A stretch of 64,000 nucleotides of DNA. Source: an uncultured Actinomycetota bacterium. GTDB lineage: Bacteria; Actinomycetota; Actinomycetes; Mycobacteriales; Mycobacteriaceae. The DNA lies in NCBI GenBank assembly GCA_963834955.1, contig CAWIDX010000040.1:31573-95572 (forward strand), written 5' to 3'. The stretch's first letter is position 1; each line of letters begins with the position of its first letter. The position numbers and the translations under genes were made by a program. The notes below the pieces were generated by a model that did no database searches, was not told where the DNA came from, and saw only the letters and a program-made list of their open reading frames with translations. Shown one piece after another: positions 35,329 to 46,757 of this stretch.

Positions 35329-36156
35329 CTCGACGGTCAGCGCGAACTGCCGCTGCTGACGCTCGCGAGCGTCGTCGTCGAGCACCCGCCAACCCAGCGA
35401 CGGTGACACCAGGTCCAGATCCAGCAGCCGCGGATCGTCGAATCCGCCGACGACGGCCACCCGCGCATACAGCAGCTCGCTCGGCGCGATCCCAACCTCC
35501 GCAGCGGCGGCATCCAGCGCCGCGAACCCCACATCCCACAGTTCGAAGTCGGGCTCGACAGGGGTGGGGGTTTCCCCGGCGAAGGCATGCGACGGTTTGC
35601 CGCCGAGAAACACCAAGTCCGTCTTGGCCGCCTCGCTGTCGTGGCGCTGCACCAACACCGACTGGCCCTGCTCGTGCAACCGCTCCGCATACGCCACGGC
35701 GTCTCGGCGGTCATCGAACCGTTGCGTACCGACTGAGCCCACGGTCGGGGTGACCCAGATCTCTCCACCGACCCCTGCGCCCGTGGGCACCCGCACCCGC
35801 TCCCCCGCCGCGAACACCGCGCTCGGCACCGTCGCCACCCCGCGGCGCGCCACGTCCACCACGGACCTCTTGTCGACGTTCCACGCCACCACGTCGGGGG
35901 CATTGAGCAGGTGCGGCACCGAGGTGGTCCACGCCAGGAACTCGTCGAGACGATCTGCGTAGTCCCTTGCGCCCCGCAGGATCACGAGATCGGCACGCGC
36001 CGTTTCCGCGTCATCCCACGACCTCCACCGCGCGAACAGCCCCCGCCGCCCCAGCGCACGCATGAGGCCGTCGTCGTCGCCATCGCCCGACACCGAGTCA
36101 CGGCAGCCGGCCAGCACGATGCGGGGATGGAACACATCAGGCCGTGCAAGCTTCAT
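35278..36156 (-). CDS. ATP-grasp-like conserved protein (Rv1455-like)
   Basis: MKLARPDVFHPRIVLAG, LLNAPDVVAWNVDK and LLYARV; synteny. Confidence 0.75.
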   Translation of the reverse strand: MKLARPDVFHPRIVLAGCRDSVSGDGDDDGLMRALGRRGLFARWRSWDDAETARADLVILRGARDYADRLDEFLAWTTSVPHLLNAPDVVAWNVDKRSVVDVARRGVATVPSAVFAAGERVRVPTGAGVGGEIWVTPTVGSVGTQRFDDRRDAVAYAERLHEQGQSVLVQRHDSEAAKTDLVFLGGKPSHAFAGETPTPVEPDFELWDVGFAALDAAAAEVGIAPSELLYARVAVVGGFDDPRLLDLDLVSPSLGWRVLDDDARERQQRQFALTVESALERLGLGPLSHRRP

Positions 36157-36175
36157 GGCCCGGCATGATAGTCAC

Positions 36176-37150
36176 ATGCACGCCATCGAAGTCGCCGAAC
36201 ACGGCGGTCCTGACGTCCTGCGGTATGTCGAAAAGCCCACTCCTGCCCCCGGGCCGGGTGAGCTTCTTATCAAGGCCGAGGCGATCGGCGTCAACTTCAT
36301 TGACACCTACTTCCGGTCGGGCACCTATCCGCGGGACTTGCCGTTCATCCTCGGAACCGAGGTGTGCGGGACCGTGACTGAAACCGGCGAGGGTGTTGAC
36401 GGATTCGCGCGCGGCGATCGGGTCGTCACCGCGACCGCTGCCGGTGCATACGCTGAATATTGCATTGCGGCAGCTGATTTCACCGCGAAAGTGCCCGACG
36501 GTGTGGACGCCGACGTCGCCGCCGCCGCCCTTCTGAAGGGCTTGACCGCGCACTACCTGTTGAAGTCGGTGTACGAGGTGAAGCATGGCGACGCGGTGCT
36601 GGTGCACGCCGGTGCCGGCGGCGTCGGTTTGATCCTCACCCAGTGGGCCACCCACCTCGGGGTTCGGGTCATCACAACGGTGTCGACACCGGAGAAGGCG
36701 GAATTGTCGCGGGGCGCCGGCGCCAGCGAGGTGCTCGACTATCCGAGCGACGCCGGGCAGTTCGGCGCGCAAGTGCGCAAGCTGACGGCCGGCGCCGGGG
36801 TCGCAGCGGTCTACGACGGCGTCGGCGCAAGCACGTTCGACGCCAGCCTTGCCAGCCTCGCCGTGCGCGGGACGCTGGCATTGTTCGGCGCATCGAGCGG
36901 GCCGGTGCCGCCGTTCGACCCGCAACGACTCAACTACGCCGGCTCCGTGTACCTCACCCGGCCGTCGCTGGTGCACTTCACCCGCACCGGCGACGAATTC
37001 CATTGGCGGGCAGGAGAATTGTTCGGTGCCATCAAATCTGAAGTCGTGCGGGTGACCGTGAGCGGCCGCTACCCGCTGGCCGAAGCCGCCCGCGCGCACA
37101 GCGATCTGCAGGAGCGCAAAACGACAGGTTCGGTGGTGCTAATTCCCTAA
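36176..37150 (+). CDS. qor: quinone oxidoreductase
   Basis: IGVNFIDTYFRSG, HAGAGGVG and YDGVG. Confidence 0.92.
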   Translation: MHAIEVAEHGGPDVLRYVEKPTPAPGPGELLIKAEAIGVNFIDTYFRSGTYPRDLPFILGTEVCGTVTETGEGVDGFARGDRVVTATAAGAYAEYCIAAADFTAKVPDGVDADVAAAALLKGLTAHYLLKSVYEVKHGDAVLVHAGAGGVGLILTQWATHLGVRVITTVSTPEKAELSRGAGASEVLDYPSDAGQFGAQVRKLTAGAGVAAVYDGVGASTFDASLASLAVRGTLALFGASSGPVPPFDPQRLNYAGSVYLTRPSLVHFTRTGDEFHWRAGELFGAIKSEVVRVTVSGRYPLAEAARAHSDLQERKTTGSVVLIP

Positions 37151-37166
37151 CATCCGGCGGGCAGGT

Positions 37167-37227
37167 GGGGGCCCCTCCCGCTTGCGGGGGACGATGGGGG
37201 TACCCCGGCCGAAGGCCAGGGGGACGA
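37167..37227. repeat. two tandem REP-like hairpin units between convergent qor and ctaB
   Basis: GGGGGCCCCTCCCGCTTGCGGGGGACGA and GGGGGTACCCCGGCCGAAGGCCAGGGGGACGA; the first is the reverse complement of 6023-6050 with one mismatch. Confidence 0.8.
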
Positions 37228-38157
37228 CTAGGGGCCTAACAGGGTGGGCAACGCCAGCACCGAGTCGACCGCCAACGCGCAGAACACCACGGCCAAGTAA
37301 TTGTTGGACTGCAGGAACAGCCGCAGCGGCCGGATCGGTTCGCCCCGGCGGACACCGGCATACAGTTGGTGGGCCATCACCAGGAACCAAGCGCCCGCGG
37401 CCAACGCGGCCGCCGCATAGAGCCAGCCCGTCGCCAACGCCAGCACCAGCGTCGCCGCGACCGTCAGCCACGTGTAGATCAGGATCTGCTTGGTCACCTG
37501 GCGTTCGGTGGCGACCGCGGGCAGCATCGGCACCCCGGCCGCCTGGTAGTCCTCCTTGTACCGCATCGCTAGTGCCCAGGTGTGCGGCGGCGTCCAGAAG
37601 AAGATGATCGCGAACATCACCAGCGCCGGCCATTGGATGGTCCCGGTCACCGCCGACCAGCCGATCATCACCGGCATGCATCCGGCCGCACCGCCCCACA
37701 CGACGTTCTGCGAGGTGCGGCGCTTGAGCAGCAGCGTGTAGACGAACAAATAGAAGGCGATGGTGGCTACGGCCAGCAGGCCAGAGAGCAGGTTGGCGGT
37801 CCACCACAACCAGAAGAACGACGCCACCGACAGCGCCACGCCGAAAATGAACGCGTGCGAGCGAGGCATCGTCGCCAGCGCGAGCGGCCGCCGGGCGGTG
37901 CGCCTCATCACCTTGTCGATGTCGGCGTCGGCCACGCAGTTCAGCGTGTTCGCACCGGCCGCGGCCAGCATGCCGCCGATCAAGGTGTTCAGAATCAGCA
38001 CCGGGGCGACCGTGCCGCGGTCCGCGAGCAGCATCGCCGGAATGGCAGTGACGAGCAGCAGTTCGATCACCCGCGGCTTGGTGAGCGCGAGGTAGCCCAC
38101 CAGCGTGGCGCGGAGGCGTCCCACCCGGGAAACGTGTGCCCGCTCCCGAATGCTCAC
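37228..38157 (-). CDS. ctaB: protoheme IX farnesyltransferase (heme O synthase)
   Basis: [30 protein letters not shown] and [11 protein letters not shown]. Confidence 0.95.
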   Translation of the reverse strand: MSIRERAHVSRVGRLRATLVGYLALTKPRVIELLLVTAIPAMLLADRGTVAPVLILNTLIGGMLAAAGANTLNCVADADIDKVMRRTARRPLALATMPRSHAFIFGVALSVASFFWLWWTANLLSGLLAVATIAFYLFVYTLLLKRRTSQNVVWGGAAGCMPVMIGWSAVTGTIQWPALVMFAIIFFWTPPHTWALAMRYKEDYQAAGVPMLPAVATERQVTKQILIYTWLTVAATLVLALATGWLYAAAALAAGAWFLVMAHQLYAGVRRGEPIRPLRLFLQSNNYLAVVFCALAVDSVLALPTLLGP

Positions 38158-38296
38158 GCAAAGACTCCTAGGGCTGGGGGCAGGCTTCTACTACAGGCGA
38201 TGGTAGTCCGCTGCGACGTGATCGCAGCAATCGACCATCCCGGTCGCCCGCATTAGGGTAGGACTGGGCAAGCCTGCCAACGTCAGGAGCACATTT

Positions 38297-40390
38297 GTGA
38301 CCACGATTGAGGAGTTTTCCGCCCTAACCCAAGCGCGTCATCCCGACGACTGGACCGACTTGGATTCCGCTGCCGTCGACACCATCCGGGTGCTGGCGGC
38401 CGACGCGGTCCAGAAGGTGGGCAACGGCCACCCGGGCACCGCGATGAGCCTGGCGCCACTGGCGTACACGCTGTTTCAGCGCGCCATGCGGCACGACCCG
38501 TCCGACACTGGATGGCTGGGCCGCGACCGCTTCGTCCTGTCCGCCGGCCACAGCAGCCTGACGCTGTACCTACAGCTTTTCCTGGGCGGGTTCGGGCTGG
38601 AACTCTCCGACATCGAGTCGCTGCGGACGTGGGGCAGCAAGACGCCCGGCCACCCCGAGTTCCGGCACACCCGGGGTGTGGAGATGACGACGGGCCCGCT
38701 CGGCCAAGGGCTGGCCTCCGCGGTGGGGATGGCGATGGCGTCGCGCTACGAGCGTGGACTGTTCGACCCCGACGCCGCACCGGGCACCAGCCCGTTCGAC
38801 CACCACATCTATGTGATCGCCTCCGACGGCGACATCGAGGAGGGTGTGACAAGCGAGGCGTCATCCCTGGCCGGCACCCAGCAGCTGGGCAACCTGATCG
38901 TCTTCTACGACAGCAACCAGATCTCGATCGAGGACGACACCAACATCGCGCTCTCCGAGGACACCCCCGCGCGCTACCGCGCGTACGGCTGGCACGTCCA
39001 GATCGTCGACAGCGGTGAGAACGTCGTCGGCATCGAAGAAGCGATCGCCGAGGCCAAGGCGGTCACGGACAAACCGTCGTTCATCGCGCTGCGCACGATC
39101 ATCGGCTACCCGGCCCCCAACCTGATGAACACCGGGAAGGCCCACGGCGCCGCGCTCGGCGACGACGAAGTGGCCGCGGTGAAAGAGGTCCTCGGCTTCG
39201 ACCCGGACAAGACGTTCGAGCTGCGCGACGAGGTGCTGGCGCACGCACGCAAGCTGGTGGACCGCGGCAAGGAAGCGCACCAGAAGTGGCAGGCCGAGTT
39301 CGACGCCTGGGCGCAGCGCGAACCCGACCGCAAGGCGCTGCTGGACCGGCTGCTGGCCCAGGAGATGCCCGACGGCTGGGACGCCGACCTTCCGCACTGG
39401 GAGCCCGGCTCCAAGCCGCTGGCCACCCGTGCCGCGTCTGGACAGGTGCTCGCCGCCGTCGGGCCGAAACTGCCCGAGCTGTGGGGCGGTTCGGCCGACT
39501 TGGCAGGCAGCAACAACACGACGATCAAGGGCGCGGAATCTTTTGGTCCACCATCAATTTCGACCAAGGAATACACCGCAAACCCCTACGGGCGCACTCT
39601 GCATTTCGGGGTCCGCGAGCACGCGATGGGCGCCATCCTGTCGGGCATCGTGCTGCACGGCCCGACCCGTGCCTACGGCGGCACGTTCCTGCAGTTCTCC
39701 GACTACATGCGGCCGGCCGTGCGGCTTGCCTCGCTGATGGTCATCGACACCATCTACGTGTGGACCCACGATTCGGTCGGGTTGGGTGAGGACGGGCCCA
39801 CCCACCAGCCGATCGAACACCTGGCTGCGCTGCGGGCAATCCCGAACCTGTCGGTGGTGCGGCCGGGCGACCCGAACGAGACCGCATACGCCTGGCACAC
39901 GATCCTCTGCCGCGGCGCGAGCAGCGGTCCGGTCGGGTTGATCCTTACTCGGCAGGGCATTCCCGTGCTGGAAGGCACCAGCCGAGAGGGTGTGGCCCGC
40001 GGCGGCTATGTGCTCGGCGGCGGCAATCCGGCCGACGACGGCGACGTGATCATCATCGCCACCGGCTCCGAGTTGCAGTTGGCCACCGAGGCGAAAAAGC
40101 TTCTGGCGGAAAAAGATATCAACGCCTACGTCGTGTCGATGCCGTGTGTGGAGTGGTTCGAGTCGCAGCCCGTGGAGTACCGCAACACCGTGCTGCCGCC
40201 CGAGGTGTCGGCCCGGGTGGCCGTCGAGGCGGCGGTCGCGCAGAGCTGGCACAAGTGGGTCGGCGAAACCGGTGAGATCGTCTCCATCGAGCACTACGGC
40301 GAATCCGCCGACCACAAAACGTTGTTCCGCGAGTACGGCTTCACACCCGAGGCCGTCGCCGACGCCGCGGAACGATCACTGGACCGCTAA
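38297..40390 (+). CDS. tkt: transketolase
   Basis: GHPGTAMS, TTGPLGQG, SDGDIEEG and GEDGPTHQPIE. Confidence 0.98.
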   Translation: MTTIEEFSALTQARHPDDWTDLDSAAVDTIRVLAADAVQKVGNGHPGTAMSLAPLAYTLFQRAMRHDPSDTGWLGRDRFVLSAGHSSLTLYLQLFLGGFGLELSDIESLRTWGSKTPGHPEFRHTRGVEMTTGPLGQGLASAVGMAMASRYERGLFDPDAAPGTSPFDHHIYVIASDGDIEEGVTSEASSLAGTQQLGNLIVFYDSNQISIEDDTNIALSEDTPARYRAYGWHVQIVDSGENVVGIEEAIAEAKAVTDKPSFIALRTIIGYPAPNLMNTGKAHGAALGDDEVAAVKEVLGFDPDKTFELRDEVLAHARKLVDRGKEAHQKWQAEFDAWAQREPDRKALLDRLLAQEMPDGWDADLPHWEPGSKPLATRAASGQVLAAVGPKLPELWGGSADLAGSNNTTIKGAESFGPPSISTKEYTANPYGRTLHFGVREHAMGAILSGIVLHGPTRAYGGTFLQFSDYMRPAVRLASLMVIDTIYVWTHDSVGLGEDGPTHQPIEHLAALRAIPNLSVVRPGDPNETAYAWHTILCRGASSGPVGLILTRQGIPVLEGTSREGVARGGYVLGGGNPADDGDVIIIATGSELQLATEAKKLLAEKDINAYVVSMPCVEWFESQPVEYRNTVLPPEVSARVAVEAAVAQSWHKWVGETGEIVSIEHYGESADHKTLFREYGFTPEAVADAAERSLDR

Positions 40391-40405
40391 AAAGAGGGGC
40401 TAACC

Positions 40406-41524
40406 ATGGCGCAAAATCCGAACCTCGCGGCGTTGTCGGCCGCCGGGGTATCCATCTGGCTCGACGATCTTTCGCGCGACCGGCTGAGGTCTGGAAGCCT
40501 TCAGGAACTGATCGACGAAAAGAGCGTGGTCGGTGTCACCACCAACCCGACGATCTTCCAGCTCGCACTGTCGCAGGCGCACACCTACGACGAGCAGATC
40601 GCCGAGCTCGCCGAGCGCGGCGCCGACGTGGACGCCACCATCCGCACGGTCACCACTGACGACGTTCGCGAAGCCTGCGACGTGCTGCGACCGCAGTGGA
40701 AGGCCTCCGACGGCGTCGACGGCCGGGTTTCCATCGAGGTCGACCCACGTTTGGCCCACGACACCGACAAGACGATCTTGCAGGCGATCGAGCTGTGGAA
40801 GATCGTCGACCGGCCGAACCTGCTGATCAAGATTCCGGCCACCAAGGCGGGGCTGCCGGCCATCACCGCGACCCTCGCGGAGGGCATCTCGGTGAACGTG
40901 ACACTGATCTTCTCCGTTCAACGTCACCGCGCGGTGATGGACGCCTACCTCGCCGGACTGGAGGCCGCCAAGGCCGGCGGCCGCGACGTGTCCAAGATCC
41001 ATTCCGTTGCTTCGTTTTTCGTGTCGCGCGTGGACACCGAAATCGACAAGCGGTTGGAGAAGATCGGCACGGAAGAGGCGCTCGCCCTGCGCGGGCAGGC
41101 CGGCGTCGCAAACGCCCGGCTGGCGTACGCGGCTTACCAGCAGGTGTTCCTCGGCGGTGAGCGGTACGAGCCGCTCAAGGCCGACGGCGCACGGGTGCAA
41201 CGACCGCTGTGGGCGTCGACCGGCGTGAAGAACCCCGAGTACTCGGACACGTTGTACGTCACCGAGCTCGTCGCACCCAACACCGTGAACACCATGCCGG
41301 AGAAGACGCTCGACGCGGTGGCCGACCACGGCGTGGTCGGCGGCGACACCGTCACCGGCACCGCCGACGCCGCGCAGGAGATGTTCGACAAGCTAGGGGC
41401 GGTCGGCGTCGACCTGACCGACGTGTTCCTGGTGCTGGAGGACGAAGGCGTCGAAAAGTTCGAGAAGTCTTGGCTCGAGCTGCTGGAGGCCACCCAAGGT
41501 CAGTTGGACGCCGCCGCCAAATGA
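40406..41524 (+). CDS. tal: transaldolase
   Basis: [22 protein letters not shown] and LWASTGVK. Confidence 0.97.
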   Translation: MAQNPNLAALSAAGVSIWLDDLSRDRLRSGSLQELIDEKSVVGVTTNPTIFQLALSQAHTYDEQIAELAERGADVDATIRTVTTDDVREACDVLRPQWKASDGVDGRVSIEVDPRLAHDTDKTILQAIELWKIVDRPNLLIKIPATKAGLPAITATLAEGISVNVTLIFSVQRHRAVMDAYLAGLEAAKAGGRDVSKIHSVASFFVSRVDTEIDKRLEKIGTEEALALRGQAGVANARLAYAAYQQVFLGGERYEPLKADGARVQRPLWASTGVKNPEYSDTLYVTELVAPNTVNTMPEKTLDAVADHGVVGGDTVTGTADAAQEMFDKLGAVGVDLTDVFLVLEDEGVEKFEKSWLELLEATQGQLDAAAK

Positions 41525-43056
41525 CATCGGTCACAGGTTGGGTCAACCCGCTGCGCGACAAACGCGACAAGCGCCTGCCCCGCATCGCCGGCCCGTGCGC
41601 GGTGGTGATCTTCGGGGTGACCGGTGATCTGGCCCGCAGGAAGCTGATGCCGGCGATCTACGACTTGGCAAATCGGGGACTTCTGCCACCCAACTTTGCG
41701 CTCGTCGGGTTTGCCCGGCGGGACTGGGCGCACGAGGATTTCGGCAAGATCGTCCACGAGGCGGTCAAACAGCACGCCCGCACCCCGTTCCGCGAGGAGG
41801 TCTGGGACCGGCTGGCCGAAGGTATCCGGTTCGTACAGGGCACATTCGACGACGACAAGGCGTTCCAACGTCTGGCCGAGACGCTGGAAAAGCTTGACTT
41901 CGAGCGCGGCACCGGTGGCAATCACGCGTTCTACCTGGCGATTCCGCCGAAGGCGTTCCCCCTCGTCTGCGAACAGCTGTCGAAGTCGGGACTCGCCCGT
42001 CAGCAGGAGGGCAGATGGAGCCGGGTGGTGATCGAGAAGCCGTTCGGCCACGATCTCCAAAGCGCTCGCGAGCTCAATGCGGTGGTCAACAGCGTGTTTC
42101 CCGAAGAGACGGTGTTTCGCATCGACCACTACCTGGGCAAGGAAACCGTTCAGAACATCCTCGCGCTCCGGTTTGCCAATGAGTTGTATGAGCCGATCTG
42201 GAACGCCTACTACGTCGACCACGTCCAGATCACGATGGCCGAGGACATCGGGTTGGGCGGTCGTGCAGGGTATTACGACGGTATCGGCGCGGCCCGCGAC
42301 GTGATCCAGAACCATTTGATGCAACTGCTGGCGCTGATCGCGATGGAGGAACCGATCACCTTCCATCCGCACGAGCTGAGGGATGAGAAGGTCAAGGTGC
42401 TTTCGGCAGTGCGACTTGCCCAACCGCTGTCCGAGACCACATCGCGGGGTCAGTACACGGCGGGATGGCAGGGCGGCGAGAAAGTTCCTGGACTCCTCGA
42501 GGAGGAGGGGTTCGCGAAGGACTCCAAGACCGAGACGTTCGCCGCGATCACGCTGGAGATCGACACCCGGCGCTGGGCCGGGGTGCCCTTCTTCCTGCGC
42601 ACCGGAAAACGCCTGGGCCGCAGAGTGACCGAGGTTGCTCTGATGTTCAAGCGCGCCCCACACCTGCCCTTCGATCAAACGATGACCGAGGAACTCGGCC
42701 AGAACGCGCTGGTGATCCGGATACAGCCCGACGAGGGTGTCACATTGCGGTTCGGCTCCAAAGTGCCCGGCACCGCGATGGAAGTCCGCGACGTCAACAT
42801 GGACTTCTCCTACGGCTTGGCGTTCGCCGAGGACTCACCGGAGGCGTACGAGCGGTTGATCCTCGACGTACTGCTCGGCGAGCCTTCGCTCTTTCCCGTC
42901 AACCGAGAAGTCGAATTGTCCTGGGAGGTTCTCGATCCCGTGCTGGACTTCTGGGTGACCCACGGCCGACCCGACCCGTACGAGTCAGGCACGTGGGGCC
43001 CGGAATCGGCTTTTGAGATGTTGCGGCACACAGGCCGGGAATGGCGGCGTCCGTGA
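41521..43056 (+). CDS. zwf: glucose-6-phosphate 1-dehydrogenase
   Basis: [14 protein letters not shown] and RIDHYLGKE. Confidence 0.97.
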   Translation: MTSVTGWVNPLRDKRDKRLPRIAGPCAVVIFGVTGDLARRKLMPAIYDLANRGLLPPNFALVGFARRDWAHEDFGKIVHEAVKQHARTPFREEVWDRLAEGIRFVQGTFDDDKAFQRLAETLEKLDFERGTGGNHAFYLAIPPKAFPLVCEQLSKSGLARQQEGRWSRVVIEKPFGHDLQSARELNAVVNSVFPEETVFRIDHYLGKETVQNILALRFANELYEPIWNAYYVDHVQITMAEDIGLGGRAGYYDGIGAARDVIQNHLMQLLALIAMEEPITFHPHELRDEKVKVLSAVRLAQPLSETTSRGQYTAGWQGGEKVPGLLEEEGFAKDSKTETFAAITLEIDTRRWAGVPFFLRTGKRLGRRVTEVALMFKRAPHLPFDQTMTEELGQNALVIRIQPDEGVTLRFGSKVPGTAMEVRDVNMDFSYGLAFAEDSPEAYERLILDVLLGEPSLFPVNREVELSWEVLDPVLDFWVTHGRPDPYESGTWGPESAFEMLRHTGREWRRP

Positions 43057-43964
43057 TTGTCGACCTGGCGAAGACCACTACCAACGAAATCAACAAGCGG
43101 ATCACATCGCTGCGCGAGGAGGGCGGTGCGATCACGCTCGGCCGGGTGCTGACGCTCGTGGTCATGGCCGACTCTGATGATCTTGTCGAAGAGGCCATCG
43201 AAGCCGCGACCTCCGTGAGCCGCGAGCATCCGTGCCGGATCATCGTGGTCGTGCCCGTTAACCCCGGCGCCGACGACGCGCGGCTGGACGGCCAACTGCG
43301 CGTCGGAGGTGACGCCGGCGCCGGAGAAGTCGTGGTGCTGCGTATCTCCGGTCCGCTGGCCGCACACGCCAACAGTGTGGTGCTGCCGTTGCTGCTGCCC
43401 GACACCCCAGTGGTGGCGTGGTGGCCGGGTGCCGCACCAGCCGTCCCGGCCCAGGATCCGGTGGGGCAGTTGGCGAATCGCAGACTCACCGATGCCACCG
43501 GCACCGAGGACCCGCTGGCGTCGATCAAGAGCAGGGTGCAGAGCTACACTCCCGGCGATACCGACCTGGCCTGGAGCCGCATCACCTATTGGCGGGCGCT
43601 GCTGACATCGGCAATCGACCAACCGCCGTACGAACCGGTGAAGTCGGCGCTGGTGTCCGGCCTCAAAGAGGAACCCGCGCTGGACGTGCTGGCCGGGTGG
43701 TTGGCGAGCCGGATCGACGGACCGGTTCAGCGGGCGGTCGGCACGCTGAAGGTCGAGTTGGTGCGCCACACCGAAACCGTGACGTTGAGCCGGCCGCAGA
43801 ACGGTTCCACTGCGACACTCAGCCGCACCGGCCGACCCGACGCCTTGCTGCCGTTGGCACGCAGGGAAACCCGGGACTGTCTGGCCGAAGACCTCCGCCG
43901 ACTTGATCCGGACGAGATCTACCACGAAGCATTGCAGGGCATCGACAAGGTGTCCTACGCGTGA
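43053..43964 (+). CDS. opcA: G6PDH assembly protein OpcA
   Basis: [21 protein letters not shown] and [11 protein letters not shown]. Confidence 0.93.
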   Translation: MIVDLAKTTTNEINKRITSLREEGGAITLGRVLTLVVMADSDDLVEEAIEAATSVSREHPCRIIVVVPVNPGADDARLDGQLRVGGDAGAGEVVVLRISGPLAAHANSVVLPLLLPDTPVVAWWPGAAPAVPAQDPVGQLANRRLTDATGTEDPLASIKSRVQSYTPGDTDLAWSRITYWRALLTSAIDQPPYEPVKSALVSGLKEEPALDVLAGWLASRIDGPVQRAVGTLKVELVRHTETVTLSRPQNGSTATLSRTGRPDALLPLARRETRDCLAEDLRRLDPDEIYHEALQGIDKVSYA

Positions 43965-44698
43965 GCCCGATCGTCGAAACCTACCCGGACGCAGACGCTT
44001 TGGGCGCGGCCGCGGGAGACCGCCTGGTGGACACGATAGTGGCGGCACTGCGGGACCGCGGGCAGGCGATGATCGCGTTGACCGGCGGCGGCACGGGCAT
44101 CGCGATGCTGCGACGGGTCGGCGATCGCGGCGACGCGATCGACTGGGCGAAGGTCCACCTGTTCTGGGGCGACGAACGCTACGTCCCCGACGACGACGAC
44201 GAGCGCAACGAGAAGCAGGCCCGCGAGGCGCTGCTGGACCGTGTCGAAATTCCGGCCGGCAATGTGCATGCGATGCCGGCGAGCGACGGCGAGTTCGGTG
44301 ACGACCTCGACGCCGCGGCCCTGGCCTACGAGCGGGTGTTGGCCGCGAACGCGGAAGACGGCGAGGCCGCGCCGGACTTCGACGTGCACCTGCTCGGGAT
44401 GGGACCGGAGGGGCACATCAATTCGCTGTTTCCGCATACCGACGCGGTGCGGGAACAGACCCGGATGGTGGTCGGCGTCGAGAACTCGCCCAAGCCGCCG
44501 CCGCGCCGAATCACGCTGACGCTTCCCGCGATTCAACGATCCCGAGAGGTGTGGCTGATCGTCGCGGGTGGCGGCAAGGCGGACGCCGTGGCTGCTGCCA
44601 TCGGCGGCGCCGACCCCGTTGAGGTGCCGGCCGCCGGCGCGGTGGGCCGTGAGGCGACGGTCTGGCTGCTCGATGAGGCCGCCGCCGCGAAGCTGTAG
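43961..44698 (+). CDS. pgl: 6-phosphogluconolactonase
   Basis: [28 protein letters not shown] and [10 protein letters not shown]. Confidence 0.95.
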   Translation: MSPIVETYPDADALGAAAGDRLVDTIVAALRDRGQAMIALTGGGTGIAMLRRVGDRGDAIDWAKVHLFWGDERYVPDDDDERNEKQAREALLDRVEIPAGNVHAMPASDGEFGDDLDAAALAYERVLAANAEDGEAAPDFDVHLLGMGPEGHINSLFPHTDAVREQTRMVVGVENSPKPPPRRITLTLPAIQRSREVWLIVAGGGKADAVAAAIGGADPVEVPAAGAVGREATVWLLDEAAAAKL

Positions 44699-44737
44699 TC
44701 GCTGCGGAATTGCCCGGCGGTGGGTCATAATGACGTC

Positions 44738-45076
44738 GTGGAAGAGAAACCGCGCACCGGCCGGGAAAAGTTCAAGACGTTGACACAGGCGGCGCTGAAC
44801 GCCGATATGACCGTGGAGCAAGTCGACGCGGTGTTAAACCACATGGCCGAATCGCTGCACCGCCTCGACAGCTCCGTCGAAGGGCTGAACGGGTCGATGG
44901 AAACGTTCAACAAAAGCCTGGCCTACCTCAACGAGACGCTTGGACGAATGGAGGGGATCGTCGACCGCGTGGAGCGCATCGTCGAGGTCGGCGAATCGGC
45001 CGTGGCTCCGCTCGCGGCAGCCGAATCCGCCGTGCAGGGCGTGGTGAAGGCCGTCCGCGACCGCACGCACCTCTGA
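44738..45076 (+). CDS. conserved coiled-coil protein (Rv1444c-like)
   Basis: KTLTQAALNAD start, heptad pattern, synteny downstream of pgl. Confidence 0.75.
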   Translation: MEEKPRTGREKFKTLTQAALNADMTVEQVDAVLNHMAESLHRLDSSVEGLNGSMETFNKSLAYLNETLGRMEGIVDRVERIVEVGESAVAPLAAAESAVQGVVKAVRDRTHL

Positions 45077-45077
45077 G

Positions 45078-46049
45078 TCACTCACCGATCACCGGGGGCG
45101 CCACCTTCGGCAGTGGGCCGATCAGCTCGTGGCCGTTGTCGATCGAGATCAGATAACTCGCCACCGGATGATCGCTGCCGCTGTCCCGACCGGCGTACCC
45201 CGGGTAGAGAGGGCCGAGGTAGGGCATGAAGGGCATCCCTGCCCGGCTCGGTGCGGCCGTTGGTGGGCCGGCCGAGGGCATGGGACCAGCCGCCCCGCCG
45301 GGTGGTGCCGTCGCCGCTGTGGGCGCAGCTCCCGGGCCTAGGCCGGGCAACGACCGATCCGGCAGCCCGGCGAGCTGGCTCGACGACGGGGCGTCGAAGC
45401 CGGAGGCATGACTCGGTGGCGGCAGGTCGATCGCACGGCCCGCGATGCCGCCGTCGAGACCCGGCCCCGCGCGCGGACCGGCGGACGGAAACCCTTGCGG
45501 GGTTATGCCGGTCGCCGGACTGCCGGCGGGCGCCGTGGCGGTCGGCATCGACCAACTAGACGCATCTGCTTGCGGGCCGAACGGCTCCGGCGGCGGCGGA
45601 ATGTCATCGACGGCGTTTCCCGCTGCCACCGCCGGTTGGCTGTAGAGCTGGCGCACCTGGTCGAGCGCGAGAATGTGGCGCTGTCCAGCCGTGTCGTCGG
45701 CCGAGGGGGCAATGATGGCGGCCCGGAGTTCGCCGGCCGCGTGGGAGAGCTGCGTCAACCGCTGCGCGACCGACTGGCATCGGCGCAGCCCGTCGAGTGA
45801 GCCGGCCACATAGCGTTGCACCGCCTCCAGCGAGGCGTCCGACCCGACACCGCGCCAAGTCTGGGCCAGCCGGCCGGCCAGCTGCCGGCTCATGTCGACG
45901 AAAATAGCTGCGATCCGGCCGATCTCGCTCTCCCACTCGTCCGCGTACCGGGTCATCAGCGCCGGGTCTAGCCGAGCGGTCATGTCCACGACGGCAGCGT
46001 GCGACCAGACCTCGGGCGTCCATGCGTCAGGCGTCACCCTTGGCGTCAT
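45078..46049 (-). CDS. PPE-like protein (helical WxG N-terminus, Pro/Gly/Ala-rich tail)
   Basis: WRG motif in a helical N-terminus; C-terminus YL...ELIGPLPKVAPPVIGE. Confidence 0.65.
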   Translation of the reverse strand: MTPRVTPDAWTPEVWSHAAVVDMTARLDPALMTRYADEWESEIGRIAAIFVDMSRQLAGRLAQTWRGVGSDASLEAVQRYVAGSLDGLRRCQSVAQRLTQLSHAAGELRAAIIAPSADDTAGQRHILALDQVRQLYSQPAVAAGNAVDDIPPPPEPFGPQADASSWSMPTATAPAGSPATGITPQGFPSAGPRAGPGLDGGIAGRAIDLPPPSHASGFDAPSSSQLAGLPDRSLPGLGPGAAPTAATAPPGGAAGPMPSAGPPTAAPSRAGMPFMPYLGPLYPGYAGRDSGSDHPVASYLISIDNGHELIGPLPKVAPPVIGE

Positions 46050-46354
46050 CGCCACGAGACCGCACGGTCCGCCTCGGCATATCCACCGACCGTTTGCCGG
46101 TAGCGCTCGGCGATGGTCATCAGGTTGGCGACGTGCTGCTCGACCAACCAGCGCAGCGAATTGGAGCCGGTCGCCTTGTCCTGCAGCAGTCGCGCCCAGC
46201 CGCGGCCCTCCTCGCAGTCACCGAGCCAGCCGCCGTGAACGTCGTCGGCAAGCGCCGAAACGGCCGGTTGTCGAGCGCTTAGGTCGGCGACCGCTCGTTC
46301 ACAAAGCGTGGCCACTTCCGTACCGGCCTCGGGGGTCAGATAGACGTTCGTCAT
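46046..46354 (-). CDS. PE/WXG100-like ~100-aa protein with type VII secretion signal
   Basis: 102 aa, WLG turn, C-terminal YAEAD (YxxxD); ATGA overlap with the PPE-like gene. Confidence 0.6.
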   Translation of the reverse strand: MTNVYLTPEAGTEVATLCERAVADLSARQPAVSALADDVHGGWLGDCEEGRGWARLLQDKATGSNSLRWLVEQHVANLMTIAERYRQTVGGYAEADRAVSWR

Positions 46355-46392
46355 GTGAAGTCTGACGTCCGCGGCGCTTCGCCGGTTCCACG

Positions 46393-46757
46393 AGGCGCCT
46401 GCTGAAAAACGCGTGCCGGGGGCTTTCGTTGGCCGACAACGGATTTCAGCCGACGACATTGTTGGTGCGCCGCCGATCGGTGACGAGCCTCGGTGCACGA
46501 ATTCCAACGCAGCATCGCCGCTCGCACGCGACAACCGCAAACAACCTGCGCCAATTAATCGGCATCGACTGGATTATCTCAACGGGACGTGGTCAATCGC
46601 AGCCACCAGCTGATTCCCAGCAGCCACATCCGCCACGCCAGCACCGTCGAACCTCTCACGATGTGAATCGCAAACCGATAGCGCATGCGATATCACTTTT
46701 TCAGACAGCAACAGCCATCGCACACCGATCCAAAAACCTGCAACTCAGCAGGCTCCT
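46393..46757. mobile_element. internally deleted IS remnant or MITE, possibly IS1182-like
   Basis: Terminal inverted repeats AGGCGCCTGCTGA and TCAGCAGGCTCCT (12/13 match); internal NLRQLIG..LDYLNGTWSIA resembles a transposase C-terminus. Confidence 0.45.
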
